Source of the DNA: an uncultured Pseudomonadota bacterium
Lineage (GTDB): Bacteria > Myxococcota_A > UBA796 > SXON01
Direction: 5' to 3'
Assembly (NCBI GenBank): GCA_903844155.1
Contig: CAIMSU010000113.1
Location: forward strand, 96,361 to 160,360
Length of the DNA stretch: 64,000 bases
Both the position numbers and the translations under genes were made by a program. Shown in pieces: positions 46,373 to 55,072 of the stretch (positions within the stretch are counted from its first letter, which is position 1; each line of letters begins with the position of its first letter). Under the pieces are notes generated by a model. That model saw only the letters and a program-made list of their open reading frames with translations, did no database searches and was not told the DNA's origin.

Positions 46373-47356
46373 CTACTGCGCGATCGCGAAGCTCCCCTCG
46401 GTGGCGTACTCTGCGGGGGTGTACGCGCAGTCGCTCTCGCTGCCCTCGGTCGGCTCGATGTTGGCGGTGTCCGTGTAGTAGACGCGCGTGAAGCTCGTTC
46501 CCCAGCATTCGGACGCGCTCACGACGGTGGTGCCGATGTCGCCGCCGGTCACCTGCACGTCGCCACGGCCCTGACCGTCGGCCTGCCAGCGCGACCGCAT
46601 CGTCGCCAGCTCGTCCTGGCCGCGCCCGTCGATGTCCGCCAGCCACGCCAGGTCCATGTCACCGGCGCCCTGGTAGTCCTCGTTGTAGGCGTAGGCCGCG
46701 TTGACGAGGGAGCCGCCCGCGAACCCGTAGTCCGTGGCCGCCACGACCGCGCCCACCCCGCTGGCGTCGTACGCGTACTGCACGCCCCACGTGCCGGTGA
46801 GATTGTTGCCCGGGTCCATGCCGTGCGCGGTGGTGAAGTCGACCGCGAACTGCCCGGACGCGTCATCGCGCGTGGACCCGGCGTCGACCTGACCCGCGAC
46901 GATCCCGACGGCATCGGTGTCGACGGAGCCGCCGTTGGGAACGTAGAAGACCGACCAGGTGTAGCTGCCGTCGTCCTGGGCCTGGACCCAGATGCCCGTG
47001 GACACAGGATCGAGGCCGGACTTCTGGTACGGGCCCCACATGGCCTCGGTCTTCGTGTCGTCGGTCCATGAGGGTGTCTGCGTGCCGACGACGAGCGCGA
47101 CGGTGCCGAGGATCGCGGTGATGATGCCGTTCACGTCCTGCGTCACGTTGCGGGTGACGACGTAGTCCTGCGCCCAATCCGTGCTGGAGCCGTTGTCCTT
47201 GGCGGTCGTGCTGTCGACCGGGAGGTTGACCTCCAGCTTGTCCTGCGTCGGCAGGATGTCGTCGTGGTAGGCCGAGGCGGGGTCGTAGCAGCCGGCGACG
47301 AGGGAGACGGCGAAGGGGAGGGCGACGGAGAGAGCGTGCGAGAAAGACCGGTTCAT
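46373..47356 (-). CDS. Lipoprotein, unknown function (Asp/Gly/Thr-rich beta protein)
   Basis: ORF trimmed to ATG 47356, preceded by AAGAGG Shine-Dalgarno. MNRSFSHALSVALPFAVSLVAGC lipobox. No family recognised. Confidence 0.7.
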   Translation of the reverse strand: MNRSFSHALSVALPFAVSLVAGCYDPASAYHDDILPTQDKLEVNLPVDSTTAKDNGSSTDWAQDYVVTRNVTQDVNGIITAILGTVALVVGTQTPSWTDDTKTEAMWGPYQKSGLDPVSTGIWVQAQDDGSYTWSVFYVPNGGSVDTDAVGIVAGQVDAGSTRDDASGQFAVDFTTAHGMDPGNNLTGTWGVQYAYDASGVGAVVAATDYGFAGGSLVNAAYAYNEDYQGAGDMDLAWLADIDGRGQDELATMRSRWQADGQGRGDVQVTGGDIGTTVVSASECWGTSFTRVYYTDTANIEPTEGSESDCAYTPAEYATEGSFAIAQ

Positions 47357-47447
47357 GGGAGCCTCTTTGCGGCGACCGCCGCGGTGGTGGGGTGCGCTTA
47401 TCTGACCCACGAGGCGACCGGGAGTGAAACGGTCGGGCGAAAAAACC

Positions 47448-47840
47448 TCAGGTGTTGTCCCCGCCATCGCAGTTGGAGTCAACGCCATCGTTGGGCGTCT
47501 CCGTGGCGCCGGGATGGATGGCGGGGTCGGCGTCGTTGCAGTCGGTGCCGCCGTCCGAGGCCGCGTAGTAGTGGTCGCCGTCGTTGTCGACGCCGCTGGT
47601 GTCCTGCCCGGAGTCGACGAACGTGTCGTCCATCGGCGCCACGCCGTACTTGGCGACGGGGACGAAGCAGGCGTCGAGGGTGGCCAGGGAGAGGCCGAGG
47701 GCGATGGACGCGGCGGACGGGAGGCGTAGGCCGGGCTCGGCGGTCTGGAGATGTGCGCCGCAGAACGGGCAATTTGCGTCGCTCGCGCGGGAGGTGAAGG
47801 TCCGGACGTAGCGGCCGCAGGCGGTACAAATCGGGAGCAT
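47448..47840 (-). CDS. Mini-protein: N-terminal CxxC...CxxC zinc ribbon, hydrophobic segment, single MopE-like Cys/Asp module (paralogue 1)
   Basis: [28 protein letters not shown]; hydrophobic SAASIALGLSLATLDAC; C-terminal [46 protein letters not shown]. The ATG overlaps the stop of paralogue 2, and there is no alternative in-frame start downstream. Confidence 0.7.
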   Translation of the reverse strand: MLPICTACGRYVRTFTSRASDANCPFCGAHLQTAEPGLRLPSAASIALGLSLATLDACFVPVAKYGVAPMDDTFVDSGQDTSGVDNDGDHYYAASDGGTDCNDADPAIHPGATETPNDGVDSNCDGGDNT

Positions 47841-48199
47841 CAGGTGTTGTCCTCGCCGTCGCAGTTGGAGTCGATTCCGTCGTTCAAAACCTCGGTTGCA
47901 CCGGGGTTGATGGTCGCGTCGTTGTCGTTGCAGTCCGTGCCGCCGTCACTCACGGCGTAGTAATGGTCGCCGTCGTTGTCGACGCCGCTGGTGTCGTGCA
48001 CGGAATCGCCAGGGATGTCGTCCATGATCGCGACACCGTAGGCGGCGATGGCGCTGCCGTTGCACGCGAGGAGGGGGGCTGTGATGAGGCCCATCAGCAG
48101 GACGGCCGCGCGAGGCGTGCTGCTCGCACGAGGGACCGGCTGACCGCACGTCGGGCAGATGGCGCGGACGTGAACGCCGCAGGTCGGACACAGTTGCAA
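47840..48199 (-). CDS. Mini-protein: zinc ribbon, lipobox-containing hydrophobic segment, MopE-like module (paralogue 2)
   Basis: (M)[18 protein letters not shown]; [16 protein letters not shown]; [46 protein letters not shown]. Start uncertain: TTG 48199 is chosen by analogy with paralogue 1. ATG 48313 or 48328 would overlap the divergent PBP gene. Confidence 0.6.
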   Translation of the reverse strand: MQLCPTCGVHVRAICPTCGQPVPRASSTPRAAVLLMGLITAPLLACNGSAIAAYGVAIMDDIPGDSVHDTSGVDNDGDHYYAVSDGGTDCNDNDATINPGATEVLNDGIDSNCDGEDNT

Positions 48200-48311
48200 A
48201 ACGCACCTCTCCCCGGAGAATAGCACCGCAAGCGGGTCTCCGCGATGATCCAGATCCGCAGAGGGGGGATCTGGATCATGGGGTGGCACGCGGCTTGCGT
48301 TGATCCGGGAC

Positions 48312-51300
48312 ATGAAGCGTTTCTTCAAGCGACTTGCGCTGGTGTTGCTCGTCCTGCTGGCGGTTGGTGGGGTCGTTGCGAAGGTGCTCTACCAGCGCGA
48401 CGTTGTGGACGATCCCGGCCCGGGATTCACACGCGCGGAGATCATGGCGATCATCGCGCAGGAGTCCCCCGTCACCTACCGCGACGGCAAGACGCCGATC
48501 GGCGTGTTCTTCGATTCCGAACATCGCAGCTACGTTTCGTATACCGACCTCCCGCAGGACTGGATCCACGCGATCCTGTCCGCGGAGGACGCCAACTTTT
48601 TCACGCACCATGGCTTTGACCCCAAGCACATCCTGCTCGCGGGCTGGCGCAACCTCGTGGCCGGTCACGTCGTCGCCGGCGGGAGCACGCTCTCGCAGCA
48701 AACAGCGAAGAACCTGTTCTACCGCCCGGACCGCTCCTGGTCGGCCAAGGGCGACGAGGCGGTCAACACCTTGCGACTCGAAGCGCACTTCTCCAAGGAG
48801 GACATCCTCGAATTCTACGCGAACCAGTTCCATGTGAGCGCGAACGGCCGCGGCATCGGCATCGCCGCGCGCTACTTCTTCGACAAGTCGCCGAAGGACC
48901 TGTCGACGAAAGAGTGCGCGTTCATTGCCGGACTTGTGAAGGCGCCGAGCAAGTACAACCCGTTCGTGGGGGAGAGCGAAGAGCGGCGGAAGGCGGCGAC
49001 GGCCGCGGCCGAGGACCGCACTGAGTACGTACTTCGCCGGATGTTCGAGAACGGCTACCTCGACCATCAGCGGTACGCCGAGCTGCAGAAGGAGCCGCTG
49101 GTCTTCCGTCACGGCAACTTCCAGTACGACCGTTCCGTGGTGCTCGACGAGGTGCAGCGCGAGCTGGACTCCCAGACCTTCGTCGACCTCTTCGCGCGCC
49201 TCGGCATCGACAACCCGAGCACCGCGGGGATCCGCATCACCACGACGTTGGACGCGGACGTTCAGCGCGAGGCGATCTACGGCCTCTGGCACCACCTGAC
49301 CGAACTTGGCCCGAAGCTGGAGCGGAAGGCGCCCGCGGACCTGAAGCTGCCTGACAACACCATGATGGAGATCGACCCAGGAATTGCGCTCGTCAAACAT
49401 GGGTTCTACACCGCGCGGGTCACGGAAGCCGGTGCAGCGAGCCTCACGCTTGACGTAGGGAGTCGGCCCTGCACGGTCGACAAGGAGGGGGTGACGCGGA
49501 TCGCCGCGGTGTTGGGCGTCAAGCCGTCCGAGATCACCCCGGCGCTGCCAAAAGGCAGCTTCGTGCTGACGAGCGTGCGCCTGCTGACTGCCGCGAAGCC
49601 GTCCGAGGGGGCGTCTGCGGACCTGGCGGGGCAATGCGATCTCGAGGTTCGCCCGGCGCTCCAGGGCGCGGTCGTCGTCCTCGACCAGGGAAACGTGCTC
49701 GCAATGGTGGGCGGGAACGACAATCGTAACTTCAACCGGGCGACCTCGGCGCAGCGCCAGTTCGGCAGCACGTGGAAGCCCATCGTCTACATGGCCGCGC
49801 AGCAGCTCGGCTGGGTGGCCACGGACACCCTCGACAACCGTAGGAACGCCTTCCCTTTTCGCGACGTCTGGTACTACCCGCACCCCGACCACCCCTCCGA
49901 CGACTTCCTGCCGCTCACGCTCGTCGGCGCTCGCAGCGAAAACCTCGCCAGCATCTGGCTCCTCGACCACCTGACCGATCGCCTCAACCCTGAGCAGTTC
50001 CGCCAGTTGGCAGACGCCGTGGGGCTCGGCGGCGCCGATGGCATCGCCGCGGCTCGCCAGCATGAGGACATCCGGTCTTCCCCCGACCGTTTTCCCGAGT
50101 ACGCCTTCCTCGAAGCCCGGGAGGACGTGCTCTCCGGCCTGGCCTTCGCCGCGCACCCCGAGGATGCGCCTGGGCTGCGATCCTTGCAGTACGGGCACGG
50201 GTTCGCGGCCGAACGTGCGCGCGTGCTCGCGACCGCGACCTCGGACGAGCGCACAGCCCGCCTCGGCGCGCTCGACGACAACCTCCTCGCACTGGAAGAG
50301 CTGGCCACGCAATGCGCAGACCCCTCGCTCGGCGCCGACTCGCCGCTCTACGAGGAGCCTGTGGACGGCACCCTCGCGTGCGCCGCGCCCCCGCCCGGCT
50401 ACGAGCGTGTGACCGGCACCGGCGCTGCGACCTGGCCCGCGCTGACCGGCGACGTGCTGGTCGACGGGCGCCTGCACCTCTCAACCCTCCAGGACCTTCG
50501 AAAAGCGCTCGACGCCCACGTTGCCGAGCTGACCGGGAAGGACCCCTGGTCGCCCGAGGTGATGGCGCTGAACCCGGACTTTCGGTTGCTCGTCGGCATC
50601 CGCTACGTGAACCATCTGGCCACGGCCTTCGGTGTGCAGAGCGACCTGCCGACCGTCATGTCGCTCCCGCTTGGCGCCGCGGACATCACGCTCATGGACG
50701 CAGCCAGCATGTACCAGGGGATGTTGCGTGGCGAGCACTACTCGTTTCCCGGCCAGGGCTTCGAGGACACGGGCACAGCGGGCTTGCGCGAGGAGTTCCC
50801 GGTGGGAACGATGGGAATGGGGTTGATCGCGGAGATCCGGGATTCGGGTGGCAACGTGCTCTACCGGGCGAGCACCAGGGCCGAGGCTGTGGCCGATCCG
50901 GTCTCCGGTGAGCTCACCGCGGACATCCTTCGGAATGTCGTGAAGTACGGCACTGGGCGCCGCGCGCTGGACGCCGTGAAGGTCGGGGACCAGTCGGTCG
51001 TGGCCGTCGGCAAGACGGGGACGACGAACGAGTACAAGAACGTGGCCTTCGTGGGTATGGTCCCCAAACACCCGACCGGCGCGAACGTGAGCGGGCGATG
51101 GGGCGACGGGTACACCATCGCCGCGTACGTTGGCTACGACGACAACCGACCGTTGAAGCGGGGAAGTTTCCGGGTCCAGGGCGCTTCCGGTGCGCTTCCG
51201 GTCTGGATTGCCACGGCGCGAGGCATGGCGGACGCCGGGTTGCTCGACACTGTCGCCGAGTACACGCCTGCGCCCGGCCTCGTTCGTGTGCCCGTGCCGG

Positions 51301-51548
51301 CCGCGACTGACATGACGGACGCCGTCGACGCGCTCGTGCCGGAAAACGGGCAGCGGCGCTTTGCTTTGGCGACGCAGCCGGCGACGATGCAGGCGGCGCC
51401 CGCGCAACCTGCCAGCCCGGTGGTGCCAGACGGCTCGGCGGCCCCCAGCGCCACCGGATCGGACGGGAAGCCCGGCGAAACGCCGGCGAACAAGCCTGTG
51501 GATCCAGACCTCGCGCCCCCCGTGCCGAGCATCTGGGACGGGATGTAG
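48312..51548 (+). CDS. Class A penicillin-binding protein (bifunctional glycosyltransferase/transpeptidase, PBP1A family)
   Basis: [20 protein letters not shown] membrane anchor. GT51 motifs [24 protein letters not shown]. Transpeptidase motifs STWK, SEN, KTGTT. Pro/Ala-rich C-terminal tail. Confidence 0.92.
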   Translation: MKRFFKRLALVLLVLLAVGGVVAKVLYQRDVVDDPGPGFTRAEIMAIIAQESPVTYRDGKTPIGVFFDSEHRSYVSYTDLPQDWIHAILSAEDANFFTHHGFDPKHILLAGWRNLVAGHVVAGGSTLSQQTAKNLFYRPDRSWSAKGDEAVNTLRLEAHFSKEDILEFYANQFHVSANGRGIGIAARYFFDKSPKDLSTKECAFIAGLVKAPSKYNPFVGESEERRKAATAAAEDRTEYVLRRMFENGYLDHQRYAELQKEPLVFRHGNFQYDRSVVLDEVQRELDSQTFVDLFARLGIDNPSTAGIRITTTLDADVQREAIYGLWHHLTELGPKLERKAPADLKLPDNTMMEIDPGIALVKHGFYTARVTEAGAASLTLDVGSRPCTVDKEGVTRIAAVLGVKPSEITPALPKGSFVLTSVRLLTAAKPSEGASADLAGQCDLEVRPALQGAVVVLDQGNVLAMVGGNDNRNFNRATSAQRQFGSTWKPIVYMAAQQLGWVATDTLDNRRNAFPFRDVWYYPHPDHPSDDFLPLTLVGARSENLASIWLLDHLTDRLNPEQFRQLADAVGLGGADGIAAARQHEDIRSSPDRFPEYAFLEAREDVLSGLAFAAHPEDAPGLRSLQYGHGFAAERARVLATATSDERTARLGALDDNLLALEELATQCADPSLGADSPLYEEPVDGTLACAAPPPGYERVTGTGAATWPALTGDVLVDGRLHLSTLQDLRKALDAHVAELTGKDPWSPEVMALNPDFRLLVGIRYVNHLATAFGVQSDLPTVMSLPLGAADITLMDAASMYQGMLRGEHYSFPGQGFEDTGTAGLREEFPVGTMGMGLIAEIRDSGGNVLYRASTRAEAVADPVSGELTADILRNVVKYGTGRRALDAVKVGDQSVVAVGKTGTTNEYKNVAFVGMVPKHPTGANVSGRWGDGYTIAAYVGYDDNRPLKRGSFRVQGASGALPVWIATARGMADAGLLDTVAEYTPAPGLVRVPVPAATDMTDAVDALVPENGQRRFALATQPATMQAAPAQPASPVVPDGSAAPSATGSDGKPGETPANKPVDPDLAPPVPSIWDGM

Positions 51549-51573
51549 GCCGACCGGGGGGATAGCCACCGGT

Positions 51574-52173
51574 ATGCTGGTCCTCGCGAGTGCTTCCCCA
51601 CGCCGTCGGACGCTGCTGACGGGCGCGGGTCTGGTGTTTGCGATCGAGGCGGCGAGCGTGGACGAGACCTGGCATCCCGGGGAGCTGCCGCGCGCGTACG
51701 TCCTGCGCGTCGCCCGGGCGAAGGCGAGGACCGTCTACGAGCGGGCCGTGAACCGGCATGATCGTCTGCCGGGCCTGCGGGTGCTGGCGGCGGATACCAC
51801 CGTGGCGATCGGGGACCAGGTCTACGGCAAGCCCATCGATGCCCGCCACGCAGCGGCGATGATCGGCGATCTTGCAGGGCGGGAGCACCTGGTGCACACC
51901 GCGGTGGTGGTGATCGAGGCAAAGCCATCCGGATCGGCGGGGGAGCGCCACCGGATCGTCAGCACACGCGTGCGCTTCCGGGCGCTGACGTCTGATGAGA
52001 TCGCCGCGTACATCGCTACGGGAGAGCCGTTCGACAAGGCCGGCGGGTACGGGATCCAGGGCGAGGGCGGGGCGCTCGTCGACGTGGTGCATGGAAGCTA
52101 CACCAACGTCGTCGGCCTGCCGCTCGCCGAGACGCTGGCGCTGCTGGGTGACCCGCGGAGGTATCAAAAGTGA
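51574..52173 (+). CDS. maf: Maf-family nucleoside triphosphate pyrophosphatase (septum formation protein Maf)
   Basis: ORF trimmed to ATG 51574. MLVLASASPRRRTLL and GEPFDKAGGYGIQG motifs. Confidence 0.88.
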   Translation: MLVLASASPRRRTLLTGAGLVFAIEAASVDETWHPGELPRAYVLRVARAKARTVYERAVNRHDRLPGLRVLAADTTVAIGDQVYGKPIDARHAAAMIGDLAGREHLVHTAVVVIEAKPSGSAGERHRIVSTRVRFRALTSDEIAAYIATGEPFDKAGGYGIQGEGGALVDVVHGSYTNVVGLPLAETLALLGDPRRYQK

Positions 52174-53036
52174 CGTCGTCGGTTTTGATAGGTGGGGAAG
52201 ATTGGGGAGCGGCGGTCGGGGCGGCGGGGCGCGGCGAGTGGCTGATCCTCCGCGCTGCGTGGTCCGCGGTGGAGCCGAAGCGGGGCGAGTACGACGAGGG
52301 GCTCATCGAGGCGGATCGTCGGGCGCTGATCGCCGCCCGGAAGCAGGGCGTGGAGGTGATCCTCGTCGCGCACAGCGGGGGGCTGCCGGACTGGCAGATC
52401 GAGCGGGACGGCTGGCTGGATGGCGACGCGTTGGCGGGGTTCGGCTGCTACGTCGACCGCCTGGCGCACGCGTACGGCGAGCTCGTCCGGCACTGGGTCG
52501 GGCTCTGGGAGCCGCTGGGCGAGGCGGCAATTTATGAGGCGGACCGCGGGAAGGTCGCGCGCACGCTCCTGGACGTCCAATCGAGCGCGTGGCTGCACCT
52601 GCGAAAGGCGCCGGGACCGGGTGGCGCGGGGACGGTGGTGGGGGTGGCGGAGCGCTTCGACGTGGTCAGCCGGCGACGGGATCGCCTCGGGGCCGACGCC
52701 CTCGGGCGCATCGCAGGCGCGCTGGGCCGGACGGCGGCCGAGGAGGCATGGCGCAGGTCCGCGCCCCACGCGCTGGTGGCCGTCTTGAGCAGCGGACGCC
52801 TCGCCCCCCCGTTTGGCGCGGTGGGCGAGCTTTCTGGCGGCACGGCCGCCTCGGACTTCACGGTCGCGCTCCGGCCGACGGTGCAGGACCTGCACCAGAT
52901 CTGGCTTACGGGGCGGGCCGTGTTCGTGCTGGGCGATGTCGGCGTGGCCGAGGAGGCCGCTAAGCAGGGCGTACGGGTCCTTGGCGCCGCTCCCTACACC
53001 GGCTCTTCCACCACCTCAAACCTGCCGAAGTCGTAG
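52170..53036 (+). CDS. Short GH1-like (beta-glucosidase-fold) protein with degenerate catalytic motifs
   Basis: GTGA overlap with maf. The N-terminal half parallels GH1 (WSAVEPKRGEYDEGLIEADRRALIAARKQGVEVILVAHSGGLPDW...DGWL...FGCYVDRLAHAYGELVRHWVGLWEP), but NEP is WEP and no ITENG-type nucleophile motif is seen. Only 288 aa. Confidence 0.5.
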   Translation: MTSSVLIGGEDWGAAVGAAGRGEWLILRAAWSAVEPKRGEYDEGLIEADRRALIAARKQGVEVILVAHSGGLPDWQIERDGWLDGDALAGFGCYVDRLAHAYGELVRHWVGLWEPLGEAAIYEADRGKVARTLLDVQSSAWLHLRKAPGPGGAGTVVGVAERFDVVSRRRDRLGADALGRIAGALGRTAAEEAWRRSAPHALVAVLSSGRLAPPFGAVGELSGGTAASDFTVALRPTVQDLHQIWLTGRAVFVLGDVGVAEEAAKQGVRVLGAAPYTGSSTTSNLPKS

Positions 53037-54208
53037 CGTTCTCCGGCCGCGCGCTCGACCTGGACGAGGCGCTCGCGAATGCCTTCGCGGCGCAGTTGCA
53101 CCACGCGGTGGTAGCAAAGCGGGTTGTTGCCCCGGCGCCCCAGCAGTGTGTGTGCGGTGAACGAGCACCCGCCCTGGCAGGTATCGGCGTAGTAGCAGCG
53201 CTTGCAGTAGCCCCAGAGCTCATCGGAGCGCTGCGCACGAGCGAAATTCAGCGCGTCCGCGTGCTTCCAGATCGCGTCCAGCGAGAGGCTCCGAACGTTG
53301 CCGCCCGTGTACGGCGCCGTCGGCAGCGACGGGCAGCCCTTCACCGTGCCATCGCTCTCGATCCCGATCACCGCCTTGCCCGCCGCGCAGCCGATCCAGT
53401 GGCGCGCGCTCCCGCCCGGTCTCGACCGCAGCACCTCCTCGTGCGGACCGAAGTAGCCGACGTTGTTGGCAGCCTGCACATTGAAGCAGCCGAGCGGACG
53501 CGGCTTTTCCCAGGCGCGGGGGTTCGCGACGGCGTCCAGCTGGATGGCGGCGAGGGTGTCCAGGATGGTCACGACGTCCGACGGCTGCACGATCCAGTCG
53601 GGGTGGTCGGCCGCGTTCCCCATCGGCGTCGTGAGCTGGACCTGCCACGACCGCACCTTGTGGTCGCGCAGCATCGCCGCCGTCTCCCGCAGCGTGTGCT
53701 GGTTGAGGCGGTTGATCTGCATGTTGGATGTCACGATCAGCCCGGCCGTCTGCACGTTTTGGACGGCCTGCAACGCCGCCTTGTGGCTCCCCTTGTTGCC
53801 GCGGAGCGTGTCGTGGGCGTCCTCGAGGCCGTCGATGCTGATGCCGACGGCGGCGAGGCCAGCGTCTGCGAACCGCTCGCAGCGCTGCAGGGTCAGTGCC
53901 CGCCCGCCCGACTGCATCGTCACCCGCATGCGCAACCCGGCGATGATCCGGATGATCGCCTCGATGTCGGGGCGCAGGTACGCCTCGCCGCCGATGAGCG
54001 TGACCTCTCGGCAGCCGAGTCGTGCCAGCGCCGTCGCCACCTCCTCGATCTGCGCGGTGGTCAGCTCCTCGGCCCGTGCCGAGCCAGCGCGCGTGCCGCA
54101 GTGCTGACAGGGCTGGTCGCAGCGCGTCGTCAGCTCCCAGACCGCGTAGATCGGCTTCGGGTCGTCAAGCTCGGCGATGCGGAACTCGCGGGCGAGGGGA
54201 GCGGGCAT
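52994..54208 (-). CDS. Radical SAM enzyme with C-terminal SPASM/twitch-type auxiliary cluster domain
   Basis: ORF 52994..54565 trimmed to ATG 54208 (MPAPLAREFRIAEL...). CxxxCxxC = CDQPCQHC. C-terminal Cys clusters IGCAAGKAVIGIESDGTVKGCPS and YCKRCYYADTCQGGCSF. Confidence 0.85.
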   Translation of the reverse strand: MPAPLAREFRIAELDDPKPIYAVWELTTRCDQPCQHCGTRAGSARAEELTTAQIEEVATALARLGCREVTLIGGEAYLRPDIEAIIRIIAGLRMRVTMQSGGRALTLQRCERFADAGLAAVGISIDGLEDAHDTLRGNKGSHKAALQAVQNVQTAGLIVTSNMQINRLNQHTLRETAAMLRDHKVRSWQVQLTTPMGNAADHPDWIVQPSDVVTILDTLAAIQLDAVANPRAWEKPRPLGCFNVQAANNVGYFGPHEEVLRSRPGGSARHWIGCAAGKAVIGIESDGTVKGCPSLPTAPYTGGNVRSLSLDAIWKHADALNFARAQRSDELWGYCKRCYYADTCQGGCSFTAHTLLGRRGNNPLCYHRVVQLRREGIRERLVQVERAAGERYDFGRFEVVEEPV

Positions 54209-54232
54209 GGCGGTAGGGTATTCCGCGCGTCC

Positions 54233-54262
54233 TTGACAGTCCGCCGACAATTGCGGCAAGCT
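54233..54262 (+). promoter_or_regulatory. TTGACA-N18-CAAGCT promoter candidate, 6 nt upstream of GTG 54269 (leaderless-type)
   Basis: Perfect -35 hexamer. The -10 hexamer keeps the A at position 2 and the T at position 6. The predicted start site coincides with the G of the GTG start. Confidence 0.4.
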
Positions 54263-54268
54263 GTAGGG

Positions 54269-55072
54269 GTGAATGGGAATCCACGCTCGCGCTTCCCGCG
54301 GACGACGGTCGTCGCCTTCCTCGGTGCGTGGGCGTGGGCGAGCGGCTGCGCCCACCACGTGTCTTGGGAGGTTCAGCCAAAGCCGAGCTACAACCTTCCG
54401 AGCGGAGGGACGAGCGGCGTCGTTGTCTCCGTGGTTTTCGACGGTCGGGACTGCAAGCCCGTCGCCGACGCGCTGGTCAGCACCCTCGGCAAACGCACCG
54501 GGATCGACGTGCGCTCCGGCGCCGGGATCCGCCTCGAGGTTCGAAACTGCGACCGCGGCCAGCAACGGACCATGGAATTCGACGATGGGATGGACGCGGC
54601 GACCGGGTCGATGGCGGGCTCGGCGTTCTCCGGCGGGCCGGACAAGCGCCGCTACACGATCCGGGGCTGGTCGTCGGCCGAGCTGTCGGTGATCAGCGCC
54701 ACGGGCAGCTCCGTCGTCCTCTCGGGCTCGGCCAACCGCACCGTCAACAGTCCGTGGGTGCCCGACGACGACCTCGACGTCAACCGCTCCATCAGCCTCG
54801 CGGACGATCTCGCCAACGAGGTGGCCGGCAACCTGGCGAACCAGCTTGCGCCGGTGCCTGTCTCGCTACGCCGAACGGTCTACTCGGACGCGCCCCCAGG
54901 GTCGGCGCACGACCTGCACAACCGGGCGGTCGCGGCCGAGCAGGCGGGGGATCTCGTGGCTGCCCTGCGACTCGCGAGGCAGGCTCAAGCAGAGGACCCG
55001 TGCCGCGCGGGTGCCGAGTACGTACTCGCGCTGCAGGCCCACGCGAGCACGGTGGGCGAAAAGGTCTTCTAG
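54269..55072 (+). CDS. Lipoprotein, unknown function, with C-terminal TPR-like helices
   Basis: ORF 53096..55072 trimmed to GTG 54269 ((M)NGNPRSRFPRTTVVAFLGAWAWASGC lipobox). C-terminus HNRAVAAEQAGDLVAALRLARQAQAEDP. The stop shares the tetranucleotide CTAG with the convergent AAA+ gene. Confidence 0.65.
   Translation: MNGNPRSRFPRTTVVAFLGAWAWASGCAHHVSWEVQPKPSYNLPSGGTSGVVVSVVFDGRDCKPVADALVSTLGKRTGIDVRSGAGIRLEVRNCDRGQQRTMEFDDGMDAATGSMAGSAFSGGPDKRRYTIRGWSSAELSVISATGSSVVLSGSANRTVNSPWVPDDDLDVNRSISLADDLANEVAGNLANQLAPVPVSLRRTVYSDAPPGSAHDLHNRAVAAEQAGDLVAALRLARQAQAEDPCRAGAEYVLALQAHASTVGEKVF

Noticed and set aside
55069-55072. The palindromic tetranucleotide CTAG serves as the stop codon of both convergent genes (lipoprotein TAG, AAA+ TAG).
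   Set aside because: It is a real observation but most simply a coincidence of tight convergent packing. There is no evidence of function.
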